DNA of 42,442 bases from an uncultured bacterium (GCA_949295285.1 CASFKI010000022.1:1-42442), one strand, 5' to 3'; shown: positions 27,500 through 39,005, numbered from the stretch's first letter. Notes: generated by a model not told the origin, from the sequence alone. Numbers and translations are program-made.

Positions 27500-28270
27500 A
27501 TGAAAGGAATCTTAGGACGCAAAGTTGGAATGACTGAAGTATTCACAACTAGCGGAAAATTAATACCTGTTACTGTTATAGAAGTTGAGCCAAATGTAGT
27601 AACTCAGATTAAAACTAAAGAAAAAGACGGGTATGAAGCTATTCAATTAGGTGCTTTTGATAAGAAAGAAAAAGTATCTAATAAGCCTGAAATAGGACAT
27701 TTAAAAAAAGCAAATACATCTCCTAAGCGCTTCTTAAAAGAAATAAGGGGAGTAGATACTTCATCTTACACGCTTGGACAAGTTATTGAAGCAAATGTAT
27801 TTGAAAAAGGAGACACTGTTGATGTAACTGGTACATCTAAAGGAAAAGGTTTCCAAGGTGTTATTAAAAGATGGAATCAATCTCGTGGACCAGAGACTCA
27901 TGGTAGTACTTATCATAGACGCGTTGGTTCTTTGGGAACAATGAGACCAATGAGAGTTTTAAAAGGTAAAAAATTACCTGGACATATGGGTAATGAACAA
28001 ATTACTATTCAAAATTTAATGATAGTAGACGTTGATACTAAAAATAAATATATTTTAGTAAGTGGAAATGTTCCAGGGCCTAAAAAATCATTCGTATTTA
28101 TTAAAGAAGCAATTAAAGGTAGTAAATATACAGAACCTGTTGAATTAATTTCTTATGAAGAGGTAGAAGAAACTACAGAAAGCAATAATGTTACTGAAGA
28201 AGTCGTTGGAAATGTAACAGAGCAAACTACTGTAGAAGAAACTAATGATAGTAAGGAGGTTTCTGAATAA
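27500..28270 (+). CDS. rplC: 50S ribosomal protein L3 with acidic C-terminal extension
   Basis: [22 protein letters not shown]. Confidence 0.98.
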   Translation: MKGILGRKVGMTEVFTTSGKLIPVTVIEVEPNVVTQIKTKEKDGYEAIQLGAFDKKEKVSNKPEIGHLKKANTSPKRFLKEIRGVDTSSYTLGQVIEANVFEKGDTVDVTGTSKGKGFQGVIKRWNQSRGPETHGSTYHRRVGSLGTMRPMRVLKGKKLPGHMGNEQITIQNLMIVDVDTKNKYILVSGNVPGPKKSFVFIKEAIKGSKYTEPVELISYEEVEETTESNNVTEEVVGNVTEQTTVEETNDSKEVSE

Positions 28271-28893
28271 TGACAAAAGTACAAGTTTTAAATCTTAAAG
28301 GTGAAAAAGTCAAAGATTTGAGTCTTAATGATAATGTATGGAATGTTGAGATAAACAATAGTGTTGTCCATGATGCCATTGTATTATCACAAGCATCATT
28401 AAGACAAGGAACTGCTTCTACTAAAACCAGAAGTGAAGTATCTGGGGGTGGAAGAAAGCCTTACAAGCAAAAAGGCACTGGTAATGCAAGACAAGGATCT
28501 ACTAGAAGCCCACAATGGCCAGGTGGTGGAATTGTTTTTGGACCAAAACCAAGAAAATATAACAAAAAGCAAAATAGAAAAGAAAGAAGATTAGCATTAA
28601 AAAGTGTTTTAACATCAAAATTACAAAATAATGAATTAGTTATAGTAGATAGATTAAATATAGAAAGCAAAAAAACTAAAGATTTTAATGAAATATTAAA
28701 AAATCTTAAAGTTGATAAAAAAGCTCTAATAGTAAGTAGCGAAGAAAATGAAAATTTATATTTAGCATCTAGAAACAATAATAAAGTTGCATTATTATTA
28801 CCTAATGAAATTAATGTATTAGATTTAGTTGCAACTGATTATTTAGTAATTGATGAATCTTCAATTAAGAAAATCGAGGAGGTGCTTAACTAA
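28270..28893 (+). CDS. rplD: 50S ribosomal protein L4
   Basis: RSEVSGGGRKP..QKGTGNARQG. Confidence 0.98.
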   Translation: MTKVQVLNLKGEKVKDLSLNDNVWNVEINNSVVHDAIVLSQASLRQGTASTKTRSEVSGGGRKPYKQKGTGNARQGSTRSPQWPGGGIVFGPKPRKYNKKQNRKERRLALKSVLTSKLQNNELVIVDRLNIESKKTKDFNEILKNLKVDKKALIVSSEENENLYLASRNNNKVALLLPNEINVLDLVATDYLVIDESSIKKIEEVLN

Positions 28894-29156
28894 TGAATAT
28901 AATTTTGGCACCAGTTATTACTGAAAAAAGTGAATCTTTAAAAGAAAAAAATATATATGTATTTAAAGTGTTAAAAAAAGCAAATAAGACTCAAATTAAG
29001 AATGCTATTGAAAAGCAATTTGGAGTTAAAGTTGTAAATGTTAATACAATGAATGTAGTTCAAAAGAAAAGAAGAGTAGGAAGATATACGGGATTAACGA
29101 CTGCTTATAAAAAAGCATATGTTAAACTTGCTGATGGCTCTTCAATAGAATACTAG
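28893..29156 (+). CDS. rplW: 50S ribosomal protein L23
   Basis: [22 protein letters not shown]. Confidence 0.97.
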   Translation: MNIILAPVITEKSESLKEKNIYVFKVLKKANKTQIKNAIEKQFGVKVVNVNTMNVVQKKRRVGRYTGLTTAYKKAYVKLADGSSIEY

Positions 29157-29166
29157 GAGGGAAGAT

Positions 29167-29997
29167 ATGCCAATTAAAAATTTTAAGCCTAATACTCCTG
29201 GAACAAGAGGAATGAGTACATTAATAAATGATGATATTACTACAAAAAAACCAGAAAAAAGTCTTCTTGTTAAAATTAGTAAAAAAGGCGGAAGAAATAA
29301 TCAAGGAAAAATAACTGTTCGTAATATAGGTGGAGGAGCAAAAAGAAAATATCGTTTAATTGATTGGAAGAGAAACAAGGACGGTATTGAGGGTAGAGTT
29401 GCTTCAATCGAATATGATCCAAACAGAAGTGCTAATATAGCTTTAATTAATTATGCTGATGGAGAAAAAAGATATATAATTGCTCCACTTAACTTAAAAG
29501 TAGGAGATAAAGTTGAAAGTGGTGTTAATGCCGATATTAAAGTTGGAAATGCATTACCTCTTGAAAATATACCTGTTGGTACATTAGTTCATAATGTTGA
29601 AATGAAACCAGGAGCAGGGGCTAAATTAGCTAGAAGTGCTGGTAGTAGTGTGCAAATACTTGGTAGAGAAGGTAAATATGTAATTGTAAGATTAAAAAGT
29701 GGAGAAACAAGAAAAATACTTAGTCAATGTCGTGCTACTATAGGTGAAGTTGGAAATACAGATTATGAATTAGTCAATTTAGGAAAAGCAGGTAGAAAGA
29801 GACATATGGGAGTAAGACCTACAGTTCGTGGTTCTGTTATGAACCCTAATGATCACCCACACGGTGGTGGTGAAGGAAAAGCTCCAGTAGGACGTGCACA
29901 ACCAATGACTCCATGGGGTAAACCAGCTTTAGGACTTAAGACTAGAAAAACAAAAAAATCATCTGAGAAATTAATAATGACTCGTCGTAAAAAATAA
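29167..29997 (+). CDS. rplB: 50S ribosomal protein L2
   Basis: [30 protein letters not shown]. Confidence 0.98.
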   Translation: MPIKNFKPNTPGTRGMSTLINDDITTKKPEKSLLVKISKKGGRNNQGKITVRNIGGGAKRKYRLIDWKRNKDGIEGRVASIEYDPNRSANIALINYADGEKRYIIAPLNLKVGDKVESGVNADIKVGNALPLENIPVGTLVHNVEMKPGAGAKLARSAGSSVQILGREGKYVIVRLKSGETRKILSQCRATIGEVGNTDYELVNLGKAGRKRHMGVRPTVRGSVMNPNDHPHGGGEGKAPVGRAQPMTPWGKPALGLKTRKTKKSSEKLIMTRRKK

Positions 29998-30016
29998 TTA
30001 AGAAAGGAACCGTAAA

Positions 30017-30286
30017 ATGTCAAGAAGTTTAAAAAAAGGACCTTATGCATTCCCTAGACTATTAAAAAGAGTTAGAGAATTAAATGAAAAAGGTAAAAAA
30101 GAAGTTATAAAAACTTGGTCAAGACGTTCAACTATATTTCCAGAATTTGTAGGACATACATTTGCAGTTCATAATGGGCGTGAATTTATTCCCGTATATG
30201 TTACTGAAGATATGGTAGGACATAAATTAGGTGAGTTTTCATTAACTCGTAAATTTAATGGCCATGCTGGTAGCGGTAAGAAGTAG
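30017..30286 (+). CDS. rpsS: 30S ribosomal protein S19
   Basis: [22 protein letters not shown]. Confidence 0.98.
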   Translation: MSRSLKKGPYAFPRLLKRVRELNEKGKKEVIKTWSRRSTIFPEFVGHTFAVHNGREFIPVYVTEDMVGHKLGEFSLTRKFNGHAGSGKK

Positions 30287-30297
30287 GAGGATAACAG

Positions 30298-30651
30298 ATG
30301 GAAACGTATAGTATACATAAAGGTGCGCAAATTGCACCAAGAAAAGCGAGAATGACTCTTGATCTTATTAGAGGCAAAAGTGTATCTCAAGCTGAAGCAA
30401 TCTTACTTACTACAAATACTAAAGCAAGTAGATTAATAATTAAAGTTTTAAATTCTGCTGTTGCAAATGCAGTCAACAATTTTAAAGCTAAAAAAGAAGA
30501 TTTAATGATAAAAGAAACTTATATAAATGAAGGAAGAACTTTAAAAAGAAGAAAAGCAGCTTCTCATTCAAGAGTAGCTAAGAATTATCATAGAACAAGT
30601 CATATTTATGTGTGTGTTACAGATAATATGACTGAAAAGAAGGAGGACTAA
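30298..30651 (+). CDS. rplV: 50S ribosomal protein L22
   Basis: PRKAR..DLIRGK, SAVANA, RTSHI; operon position. Confidence 0.96.
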   Translation: METYSIHKGAQIAPRKARMTLDLIRGKSVSQAEAILLTTNTKASRLIIKVLNSAVANAVNNFKAKKEDLMIKETYINEGRTLKRRKAASHSRVAKNYHRTSHIYVCVTDNMTEKKED

Positions 30652-30653
30652 AC

Positions 30654-31331
30654 ATGGGACAAAAGGTAAGTCCAGTGGGACTTAGAGTTGGTATCAACAA
30701 AGATTGGGAAAGTAAATGGTATGCGCCAACTAAAGATTTTGCTAAAAATCTAAATACTGATTTGAAAATTAGAAAATATTTAGATAAAGCATTAAAAGGA
30801 TGTTCAGTTGCTTCTATAATTATTGAAAGAAATAAAAAAAGAACAAATGTAATTATTAATACATCTAAGCCAGGAATCGTTATTGGCAAAGGTGGAGCTG
30901 ATATTGAAAAACATAAAAAGGCTTTACAAAAATTGACAAATGAAGACATATATTTGAATATTGTTGAAGTAAAGAATCCGGATTTAAATGCAGCATTAGT
31001 GGCTGAATCAATTGCACTTCAAATTCAAAATAGGGCTTCATTTAGAGCAGTTCAAAAAAGAGCTATTAGAAATACAATGAAAGCAGGAGCTGTTGGTATT
31101 AAAGTTGCTGTATCTGGACGTTTAGCAGGAGCTGAGATGGCTCGTACTGAATTTTATACAGAGGGAACTGTACCATTACATACTTTAAGAGCAGATATTG
31201 ATTATGCACATAAAGAAGCAGATACTATTTATGGAAAAATAGGCGTTAAAGTATGGATTTATAAAGGTGAAATACTTCCTGCTAAGAAAAAAATAGGAGG
31301 TAAAAAAGATGTTAATTCCAAAGAGAACTAA
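30654..31331 (+). CDS. rpsC: 30S ribosomal protein S3
   Basis: [30 protein letters not shown]. Confidence 0.98.
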   Translation: MGQKVSPVGLRVGINKDWESKWYAPTKDFAKNLNTDLKIRKYLDKALKGCSVASIIIERNKKRTNVIINTSKPGIVIGKGGADIEKHKKALQKLTNEDIYLNIVEVKNPDLNAALVAESIALQIQNRASFRAVQKRAIRNTMKAGAVGIKVAVSGRLAGAEMARTEFYTEGTVPLHTLRADIDYAHKEADTIYGKIGVKVWIYKGEILPAKKKIGGKKDVNSKEN

Positions 31332-31731
31332 ATATAGAAAACCTCATAGAATTAGTTATGAAGGAAAAGCTAAGGGTAATACAGAACTTACTCAAGGTGA
31401 ATACGGATTAATGGCAAAAGAAGGAGCATATATTACTGCAAGACAAATTGAAGCAGCAAGAATTGCTATGACTCGTTATATGAAATCATTTAAAAGAGGA
31501 AAAGTATTTATTAATATATTCCCACATTTAGCTAGAACTAAAAAACCAGCTGAAGTACGTATGGGAAGTGGAAAAGGTAATGTTGAAGAATGGGCAGCAG
31601 TAGTAAAAGAAGGTAAAATCATGTTTGAAATGACTGATGTTACTGAAGAAATTGCTCGTGAAGCATTTCGTCTTGCTGGACATAAATTACCAATTAAAAC
31701 AAAATTTGTAGCAAAGGAAGTGACTAAATAA
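31309..31731 (+). CDS. rplP: 50S ribosomal protein L16
   Basis: [23 protein letters not shown]; overlaps rpsC by 23 nt. Confidence 0.98.
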   Translation: MLIPKRTKYRKPHRISYEGKAKGNTELTQGEYGLMAKEGAYITARQIEAARIAMTRYMKSFKRGKVFINIFPHLARTKKPAEVRMGSGKGNVEEWAAVVKEGKIMFEMTDVTEEIAREAFRLAGHKLPIKTKFVAKEVTK

Positions 31732-31937
31732 TGAAAATGCTAGAAATAAGAAAATTAGCCACTGAAGAATTAAACAAAAAACTTGAAGAAAATAAAAAAG
31801 AATTATTTAATTTAAAATTTGCATCAGCAACTGGTAATTTAGAAAAGCCTCATAGAATTAAAGAATTAAGACATGAGGTAGCTAAAATTAAAACAGTTAT
31901 TAGAGAAAGACAATTAAGTAAGGAGGAAGCAAATTAA
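31731..31937 (+). CDS. rpmC: 50S ribosomal protein L29
   Basis: KELFNLKF, PHRIK...AKIKT. Confidence 0.96.
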   Translation: MKMLEIRKLATEELNKKLEENKKELFNLKFASATGNLEKPHRIKELRHEVAKIKTVIRERQLSKEEAN

Positions 31938-32194
31938 TGGAAAAAGAAAAACAAGTGTTAATTGGAAAAGTTGTAAGTGCTGCGTGTGATAAAACTATTA
32001 CTATTGCAGTTGTTACATCAAAAAAGCATCCACTTTACAAAAAGAATGTAAAAACTACTAAAAAATATACAGTACATGATGAAGAGAATAAAGCTAAAGT
32101 AGGAGATATTGTTAAAGTAGTATCTTCTCACCCTCTATCTAAAACTAAAAGATATGTATTAGATAGTATTGTTGAGGAAGCTGTTATTCTTTAA
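31937..32194 (+). CDS. rpsQ: 30S ribosomal protein S17
   Basis: GKVVS, HPLYKK, HDE, PLSKTK. Confidence 0.97.
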   Translation: MEKEKQVLIGKVVSAACDKTITIAVVTSKKHPLYKKNVKTTKKYTVHDEENKAKVGDIVKVVSSHPLSKTKRYVLDSIVEEAVIL

Positions 32195-32212
32195 TTAAGA
32201 AAGGAGAGAGTT

Positions 32213-32581
32213 ATGATACAACCAGAAAGCCGTTTAAAGGTAGCTGACAATTCAGGAGCTCGTGAAATCTTAGTAATCAGAGTACTTGGTGGAAGCAAAG
32301 TTAAAAGCGGTAATATAGGAGATATTGTTGTAGGAACGGTTAAAAAAGCTATTCCAAATTCAAATACTCCAAAAGGAAAAGTAGTTAAAGCTGTTATTGT
32401 AAGAACAGTTCAAGGTGTAAGAAGAGCAGATGGAAGTCATATCAAATTTGATGATAATGCTTGCGTATTGATAAAAGATGATAATAGTCCTATTGGAACT
32501 CGTGTTTTAGGGCCAGTAGCTAGGGAGCTTCGTGATAAAAACTTTATGAAAATTGTTTCACTAGCTCCAGAAGTGTTGTAG
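32213..32581 (+). CDS. rplN: 50S ribosomal protein L14
   Basis: VADNSGA, FDDNA, SLAPEVL. Confidence 0.98.
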   Translation: MIQPESRLKVADNSGAREILVIRVLGGSKVKSGNIGDIVVGTVKKAIPNSNTPKGKVVKAVIVRTVQGVRRADGSHIKFDDNACVLIKDDNSPIGTRVLGPVARELRDKNFMKIVSLAPEVL

Positions 32582-32592
32582 GAGGATTAGGC

Positions 32593-32910
32593 ATGAAATT
32601 AAAAGTTGGAGACAATGTACATGTTATTACAGGAAGTAATAAAGGCAAAGAAGGAAAAGTACTAAAAGTATTAAGAAAAGAGCAAAAAGTTTTAATTGAT
32701 GGAATTAACATAGTAAAAAAACATGTTAAACCTAATCGTCAAAATGAAACTGGCGGAATTCTAGAAGTTGAGGCACCTGTTCATATTTCTAATATTAAAG
32801 TATTAGATAAGAAATCTGCTAAAACAGAAAAGAAAGAAGTAAAAAAAGAAGTAAAAGAAACTAAAGAAAAGAAAACTTCTAAGAAAAAAGAAGAAAAAGA
32901 AAGTAAGTAG
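32593..32910 (+). CDS. rplX: 50S ribosomal protein L24 with K/E-rich C-terminus
   Basis: KVGD.V.VI.G..KGK.G, EAPVHISN. Confidence 0.96.
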   Translation: MKLKVGDNVHVITGSNKGKEGKVLKVLRKEQKVLIDGINIVKKHVKPNRQNETGGILEVEAPVHISNIKVLDKKSAKTEKKEVKKEVKETKEKKTSKKKEEKESK

Positions 32911-32917
32911 GTGAATT

Positions 32918-33457
32918 ATGGAAACATTAAGAAAATTATATATAGAAGAAATAGTTCCAAATTTAATGAAGAAGTTTAACTACTCTACTAAAATGCAAGT
33001 ACCTAGGTTAGAAAAAATTGTTCTAAATATGGGTGTTGGAGATGCTATTGCTGATCAAAAATATTTAGATGCAGCTATTAAAGATTTAGAAGTTATATCT
33101 GGACAAAAACCAATAGTTACAACTGCTAAAAAATCAATTGCTGGTTTCAAACTTAGAGAAGGAAATAAAATTGGATGTAAAGTTACTTTAAGAGGAGATA
33201 ATATGTATAACTTCTTAAATAAATTAATTAAAATTTCACTTCCTAGAGTTAGAGATTTTAGAGGAATATCTAAAAATAGTTTTGATGGTAGAGGCAATTA
33301 TACTCTTGGTATCAAAGAGCAATTAGTATTTCCTGAAGTAGAATATGATCAAGTTATTAAAGTTAGAGGTCTTGATATTGTTATTGTTACAACTGCTAAT
33401 ACTGACGAAGAAGCACTAGCTTTATTGACTGAATTTGGGTTACCTTTTAGAAAGTAG
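32918..33457 (+). CDS. rplE: 50S ribosomal protein L5
   Basis: [25 protein letters not shown]. Confidence 0.98.
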   Translation: METLRKLYIEEIVPNLMKKFNYSTKMQVPRLEKIVLNMGVGDAIADQKYLDAAIKDLEVISGQKPIVTTAKKSIAGFKLREGNKIGCKVTLRGDNMYNFLNKLIKISLPRVRDFRGISKNSFDGRGNYTLGIKEQLVFPEVEYDQVIKVRGLDIVIVTTANTDEEALALLTEFGLPFRK

Positions 33458-33471
33458 GAAAGGAAATATTT

Positions 33472-33657
33472 ATGGCAAAGAAAAGTAAATTAATATCTCA
33501 AGCAAGAGGTAGTAAATTTTCCACAAGAAATTATACTAGATGTGTTAGATGTGGACGTCCTCATGGGGTTTTAAGCAAATTTGGCGTATGCCGTATTTGT
33601 TTTAGAGAACTTGCTTATAAAGGACAAATACCAGGCGTAAAGAAATCAAGCTGGTAA
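33472..33657 (+). CDS. rpsN: 30S ribosomal protein S14, zinc-binding short type
   Basis: 61 aa with CxxC...CRIC and PGVKKSSW. Confidence 0.97.
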   Translation: MAKKSKLISQARGSKFSTRNYTRCVRCGRPHGVLSKFGVCRICFRELAYKGQIPGVKKSSW

Positions 33658-33718
33658 TTATAATAAAAAATAAACCAATAATTAACAGGCAAAGTGTTAA
33701 TAAGAAGGGAGGCCTATA

Positions 33719-34114
33719 ATGGTTAATGATACAATAGCAGATATGCTTACTAGGATTCGTAATGCTAATGCTATGAAGTATAAAACAGTTGAAATACCTG
33801 GTACTAAAATGACTAAAGGTATTGCTGATATTTTAACAAAAGAAGGTTTTATAGATGGTTATGACACTAACAAATTAGCAGTTGGTGAAATGATAGTATT
33901 AAACCTTAAATATTCAAAATCTAAAGAAAGAGTAATTACTGGTCTTAAAAGAATTAGTAAACCAGGATTACGTGTATATGCTAAAGCTGATGAAATGCCA
34001 AGAGTACTAAATGGTTTAGGAATAGCTATTATATCAACTTCTGAAGGTCTAATGACTGATAAAGAAGCTAGAAGCAAAAAACTTGGTGGGGAAGTTTTAG
34101 CTTACATATGGTAG
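33719..34114 (+). CDS. rpsH: 30S ribosomal protein S8
   Basis: [26 protein letters not shown]. Confidence 0.98.
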   Translation: MVNDTIADMLTRIRNANAMKYKTVEIPGTKMTKGIADILTKEGFIDGYDTNKLAVGEMIVLNLKYSKSKERVITGLKRISKPGLRVYAKADEMPRVLNGLGIAIISTSEGLMTDKEARSKKLGGEVLAYIW

Positions 34115-34121
34115 GTGTGTT

Positions 34122-34667
34122 ATGAGTAGAATAGGAAATAGAATATTAACTATTCCATCTGGAGTAGAAGTTAATGTTGACGGAAATAAGGTTATTACTA
34201 AAGGCCCAAAGGGAACATTAGAGTTTAATTTTAAAAAAGAAAATGTTGATGTTAAAGTTGAAGATGGAAAAGTATTAGTAACTAGAAAAGACGAGACAAA
34301 AATATCTAAACAATTACATGGCACTACAAATGCTACTATTAATAATATGTTAATTGGTGTAAGTGAGGGATTCAAGAAAGAATTAGAAATAAATGGTGTT
34401 GGATATAGATTTCAACTTCAAGGTAACAAATTAATTATTTCTGCTGGATATTCTCATACAGTAGAAATTCAATCACCAGAAGGTATTAAAATGGAAATGC
34501 CTGATAAATCAACAACTGAATTAATAGTTAGTGGTTATGATAAACAAGCAGTAAGCGAATTTGCTGCAAAGATTAGAAATATAAGAAAACCAGAACCTTA
34601 TAAAGGAAAAGGAATTAAATACAAAGATGAACATATTCGTCGTAAAGAAGGAAAGAAGGCTGCATAG
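34122..34667 (+). CDS. rplF: 50S ribosomal protein L6
   Basis: [18 protein letters not shown]. Confidence 0.98.
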   Translation: MSRIGNRILTIPSGVEVNVDGNKVITKGPKGTLEFNFKKENVDVKVEDGKVLVTRKDETKISKQLHGTTNATINNMLIGVSEGFKKELEINGVGYRFQLQGNKLIISAGYSHTVEIQSPEGIKMEMPDKSTTELIVSGYDKQAVSEFAAKIRNIRKPEPYKGKGIKYKDEHIRRKEGKKAA

Positions 34668-34675
34668 GAGGTAAA

Positions 34676-35029
34676 ATGATAAAGAAAGAATCAAAAAATT
34701 TAATGAGAATTAAAAGACATAAAAAAATTAGACAAAATTTATCTGGTAATGAATCAACTCCTAGACTATGTGTTTTTAGAAGTAATACTGCTATTTATGC
34801 ACAATTAATTGATGATGTTAATGGTGTTACATTAGCAAGTTCATCTTCTTTAGAACTTAAAATTAAGAATAATAATATAGAAGCCTCAGCTGCAGTTGGA
34901 AAAGATATTGCAGAGAAAGCTAAAAAAATAAAGATCAAAAAAGTTGTATTTGATCGTAGTGGATATCTATATCATGGACGCGTTAAAGCTCTTGCTGATG
35001 CTGCACGTGAAAATGGACTAGAATTCTAG
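34676..35029 (+). CDS. rplR: 50S ribosomal protein L18
   Basis: [20 protein letters not shown]. Confidence 0.98.
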   Translation: MIKKESKNLMRIKRHKKIRQNLSGNESTPRLCVFRSNTAIYAQLIDDVNGVTLASSSSLELKIKNNNIEASAAVGKDIAEKAKKIKIKKVVFDRSGYLYHGRVKALADAARENGLEF

Positions 35030-35039
35030 GGAGGAAAAT

Positions 35040-35555
35040 ATGAACGATAATAGAAGAAATACTCGTGAACCTAAGAAACTTTATGAAGATAAAATTATAT
35101 CTATTGGAAAAGTTACAAAGGTTACACAAGGTGGACGTAATTTTAGATTTTCAGCCACAGTTGCAGTTGGAGATAGAAAAGGAAGAGTAGGAATTGGTAT
35201 TGGAAAAAGTAAAGAAATTCCTGTAGCTGTTTCTAAAGCAATTAAGGAGGCAGAGAAAAATATAATACATGTTAACTTAGTTGATAATAGAACAATATCT
35301 CATGAAGTTACTGGTGTTTGCGGAGCTGCTAAAGTTTTAATTAGACCTGCTAAAGCTGGTCGTGGAATTATTGCTGGTGGAGCATCAAGAATTGTTTTAG
35401 AGCTTGCTGGTATAAAAGACGTTGTTGCTAAATCACTTGGAAGCAACACTCAAATTAATACTGCTAAAGCTACTATTGAAGCATTAGCTAACCAAAGGAC
35501 TATTGAGCATGTTGCTAAGTTACGTGGAAAAACTGTTGAGGAGGTTTTAAACTAA
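35040..35555 (+). CDS. rpsE: 30S ribosomal protein S5
   Basis: GGRNFRF, GIIAGG, LELAGI, KSLGS. Confidence 0.97.
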   Translation: MNDNRRNTREPKKLYEDKIISIGKVTKVTQGGRNFRFSATVAVGDRKGRVGIGIGKSKEIPVAVSKAIKEAEKNIIHVNLVDNRTISHEVTGVCGAAKVLIRPAKAGRGIIAGGASRIVLELAGIKDVVAKSLGSNTQINTAKATIEALANQRTIEHVAKLRGKTVEEVLN

Positions 35556-35998
35556 TGAAATTACATGAATTAGAAAAAGTACAAGGATCTACTCACAGAA
35601 AAAAAATTGTTGGACGTGGTCCTGGAAGTGGACATGGTAAAACTTCAACACGTGGAGAAAAAGGACAAAAAGCAAGAAGTGGTGGAAAAGTACACGCTTG
35701 GTTTGAAGGAGGTCAAACACCTTTATATAAGAGACTTCCAAGAAGAGGATTTTCAAATGCAAGATTTGCTACTAGATATGCTATTGTAAATGTATCTGAT
35801 TTAAATAGATTTAGTGATGGAGATATTATAACTCCTGAGTTATTAAAAGAATCTGGTCTTGTAAAGAAAGAATTAAATGGAATCAAAATATTAGGTAATG
35901 GTAAATTAGAAAAAAAATTAACAGTTAAAGCTAATTTATTTACTAATACAGCTATTACTAAAATTGAAGAAATGGGTGGAACAACGGAGGTGATTTAA
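35555..35998 (+). CDS. rplO: 50S ribosomal protein L15
   Basis: [25 protein letters not shown]. Confidence 0.98.
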   Translation: MKLHELEKVQGSTHRKKIVGRGPGSGHGKTSTRGEKGQKARSGGKVHAWFEGGQTPLYKRLPRRGFSNARFATRYAIVNVSDLNRFSDGDIITPELLKESGLVKKELNGIKILGNGKLEKKLTVKANLFTNTAITKIEEMGGTTEVI

Positions 35999-35999
35999 T

Positions 36000-37253
36000 A
36001 TGTTTGCTACATTTAAGCAAATATTTAGATCTTCTAACAAAGATTTAAGAATTAGAATATTATTTACTCTTGGTGTTCTATTTATATTTGCAGTTGGTAA
36101 TGCAATTACAATTCCGGGTATGAATGTCATTTCAGGTGATATTGGATTTTTGGAATTATTTAATGCAATGAGTGGTGGAGGTTTAAAACAATTTTCAATA
36201 TTTGCATTAGGTGTTATGCCCTATATTACTGCCACAATTATTATTCAAATTCTTCAAATGGATATCATTCCATATTTTAAAGAATTAAAAGAAATGGGTG
36301 AAATAGGAAAACGTAAAATTGCAAAAATAACTAGATATTCAGGGTTAGCAATTGCATTTATTCAAGGATTTTTTTATCCAATGATGTTCGTTGGAAAAAC
36401 TTTAGAACCAATGATGTATTTTGAAATAGCCATAATATTAACTGCAGGTACTGCATTCTTGTTATGGTTAGGAGATGAAATAACTAATAAAGGTATTGGA
36501 AATGGTGTTTCATTAATAATTATGGCTGGTATTGTAAATACTTTACCGAATATGTTTGTATCAGTATTTGAATCACTAATACCAAATGCAAATAATACAT
36601 TGATTGCATGGTTATCATTTGGATTATTTATATTACTTTACTTAGCTATTATTATTGGAGTAATATTTGTTCAAGAGGCAGAAAGAAGAATACCTATTCA
36701 GTATTCAAATAGAAGCTCATCATCATATGGAGGACAACAAACATTTTTACCCTTTAGATTAAATTCGGCAGGAGTAATGCCAGTTATTATTGCAAGTGTT
36801 ATAATGGGTATTCCACCTATTATAAGTTATTTTACTGAAAATGAAACAATATTAAATATAATTAATAATTATTTATCTACAACTAGACCAATTGGTTTTG
36901 TTATATATATTACATTAATTATTATATTTACATTTGTTTATACATTTTTTACAATTAATCCTGAAGAATTAAGTAAAAATTTAAATAAAAATGGTGGTTA
37001 TATTCCAGGAATTAGGCCTGGAAGTGAAACAAAAAAATATATTAGTAAAATATTAACTAGAATTACATTTTTAGGAGCCATATTCATAGCAATAATTGCA
37101 GCATTACCTACATTGTTTACTTCAATTAGTGGACTTTCAAGTAATATACAATTGGGTGGTACTTCTATATTAATAGCTGTTGGTGTAGTTCTAGAGACAT
37201 ATAAACAATTAGAAAGTTCAGTTGCATCAAGAAATTATAATAATAGGAGATAA
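36000..37253 (+). CDS. secY: preprotein translocase SecY
   Basis: SIFALGVMPYITA, GIGNGVSL, IPGIRPG, GGTS.LI. Confidence 0.98.
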   Translation: MFATFKQIFRSSNKDLRIRILFTLGVLFIFAVGNAITIPGMNVISGDIGFLELFNAMSGGGLKQFSIFALGVMPYITATIIIQILQMDIIPYFKELKEMGEIGKRKIAKITRYSGLAIAFIQGFFYPMMFVGKTLEPMMYFEIAIILTAGTAFLLWLGDEITNKGIGNGVSLIIMAGIVNTLPNMFVSVFESLIPNANNTLIAWLSFGLFILLYLAIIIGVIFVQEAERRIPIQYSNRSSSSYGGQQTFLPFRLNSAGVMPVIIASVIMGIPPIISYFTENETILNIINNYLSTTRPIGFVIYITLIIIFTFVYTFFTINPEELSKNLNKNGGYIPGIRPGSETKKYISKILTRITFLGAIFIAIIAALPTLFTSISGLSSNIQLGGTSILIAVGVVLETYKQLESSVASRNYNNRR

Positions 37254-37256
37254 TTT

Positions 37257-37904
37257 ATGAATTTAATTTTAATAGCACCACCAGCTGCTGGTAAGGGAAC
37301 TTTAGCAAGTAAATTAAATAAAGAATATAATTTAGTTTGTATATCAGCTGGTGAACTTTTAAGAGGTGTAGACCCTAATACAGAAATAGGAAAAAAAATA
37401 AGAGAAATTCAATCTAGGCGTGAATTAGTTAGTGATGAAATAACTAATCAATTAATGAAAGAAAGGCTTATGAAAGATGATATTAAAAATGGATTTATCT
37501 TAGATGGTTATCCTAGGCATATGCCTCAAGTTGATGCAGTAAATCAAATGTGTAAAGATTTAAATCTTAAAATTGATTATGCAATTTTATTAAATGTTGA
37601 TTATGATATAGCATTGAAAAGAACAATTGGTAGACAAATATGTCCTAAATGTAAAAAAACATATAATAAATTAACTGGTGTTAATACACCAAAGGTTGAA
37701 AATATGTGTGATGATTGTAATGTAGAATTAACGATTAGAAATGATGATAATGAAGACACATTTAATATAGGATATAATGCTTATATTAAAAATTGTACAC
37801 CTGTTATTGAATATTATAAAAATAAAGGTATATTAATTGAAGTAGATGCATCTAAAGATCCTGAATATACATACAATCAATTAATGGAGAAACTAGGAAA
37901 ATGA
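37257..37904 (+). CDS. adk: adenylate kinase (zinc-lid type)
   Basis: PPAAGKGT, LDGYPR, lid CPKC...CDDC, R.DD. Confidence 0.93.
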   Translation: MNLILIAPPAAGKGTLASKLNKEYNLVCISAGELLRGVDPNTEIGKKIREIQSRRELVSDEITNQLMKERLMKDDIKNGFILDGYPRHMPQVDAVNQMCKDLNLKIDYAILLNVDYDIALKRTIGRQICPKCKKTYNKLTGVNTPKVENMCDDCNVELTIRNDDNEDTFNIGYNAYIKNCTPVIEYYKNKGILIEVDASKDPEYTYNQLMEKLGK

Positions 37905-38650
37905 TTAGTATTAAAAATGAACAAGAAATTGAATTAATGAGAAAGTCTGGCAAGATTACATATGATCTTTTAATGAATTTAAAAGAATATATAAAGCCTG
38001 GAATGACTACAAAACAAATTGATAAGTATGCATATGATTTTATTATTAATCATGGTGCTACACCATCATTTCTTGATTATGAAGGGTATCCTGCATCTAC
38101 ATGTATCAGTATAAATGATATGGTAGTTCACGGGATACCAGATAATACTAAAATTAAAAATGGTGATATAGTATCTGTTGATGTAGGATGCATTTATGAA
38201 GGATATAATTCTGATTCAGCATATACATATATTATTGGAAAAGTAGATAAAAAAACTGAAAAATTTGTTAATGATACTCAGAAAGCCTTATATCAAGGTA
38301 TTTCTGTCGTAAAATCTGGAATAAAACTAAACGAAGTTTGTAAAGCTATTGAAAATGTTGCTTTAGATAATAATTATGGTGTATTTGATTGTTTAACAGG
38401 TCATGGTGTTGGAAAGCAATTACATGAAGATCCCTATATACCTAATATTTCTAATAATGAAAGTGAAAATATTATTCTTAAAGCTGGAATGACTTTAGCA
38501 ATTGAACCAATGTTTAGTTTAGGAACAAGCAAAGTGTGGTTATTACCTGATGAGTGGGGAATTATAACACGTGACGGTAGTAAATCAGCACATTTTGAAC
38601 ATACAATTCTTGTAACCGATAATGGTTATGAGATATTAACAGGAGAGTGA
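37901..38650 (+). CDS. map: type I methionine aminopeptidase
   Basis: VHGIP, DVG...DSA, GHGVG..LHEDP, IEPM, AHFEHT. Confidence 0.97.
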   Translation: MISIKNEQEIELMRKSGKITYDLLMNLKEYIKPGMTTKQIDKYAYDFIINHGATPSFLDYEGYPASTCISINDMVVHGIPDNTKIKNGDIVSVDVGCIYEGYNSDSAYTYIIGKVDKKTEKFVNDTQKALYQGISVVKSGIKLNEVCKAIENVALDNNYGVFDCLTGHGVGKQLHEDPYIPNISNNESENIILKAGMTLAIEPMFSLGTSKVWLLPDEWGIITRDGSKSAHFEHTILVTDNGYEILTGE

Positions 38651-38653
38651 AAA

Positions 38654-38875
38654 ATGGCCAAAGAAAAAGACGGTTATATTGAACTTGAAGGAAAGGTACT
38701 AGAAGTTATACCTGGAGGAGACTTTAAGGTTAAACTAGATAATGGGCACATACTAGTGGCTCGTGTTTCTGGAAAAATGCGTTTGAACATGATTCGTATT
38801 TACCCAGGTGATACTGTGCTTATGGAAGTACCAATTTGTGATTTAACACACGGGCGAATAATATATAGAAAGTAA
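38654..38875 (+). CDS. infA: translation initiation factor IF-1
   Basis: EG.V.E, SGKMR...IRI..GD.V, GRIIYR. Confidence 0.97.
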   Translation: MAKEKDGYIELEGKVLEVIPGGDFKVKLDNGHILVARVSGKMRLNMIRIYPGDTVLMEVPICDLTHGRIIYRK

Positions 38876-38891
38876 TGGAGGGATTATAAAT

Positions 38892-39005
38892 ATGAAAGTA
38901 AGACCATCAGTAAAAAAAATTTGCGATAAATGTAAAATTATTAAAAGAAATGGAAAAGTTTGGGTAATTTGTGAAAACCCTAAACATAAACAAAGACAAG
39001 GCTAG
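38892..39005 (+). CDS. rpmJ: 50S ribosomal protein L36 (below the ORF-track length cutoff)
   Basis: Translated by hand: [37 protein letters not shown], after GGAGG. Confidence 0.97.
   Translation: MKVRPSVKKICDKCKIIKRNGKVWVICENPKHKQRQG

Noticed and set aside
35607-35789. 60-aa alternative-frame ORF near where rpmD is expected
   Set aside because: It lies wholly inside rplO and shows no L30 similarity.
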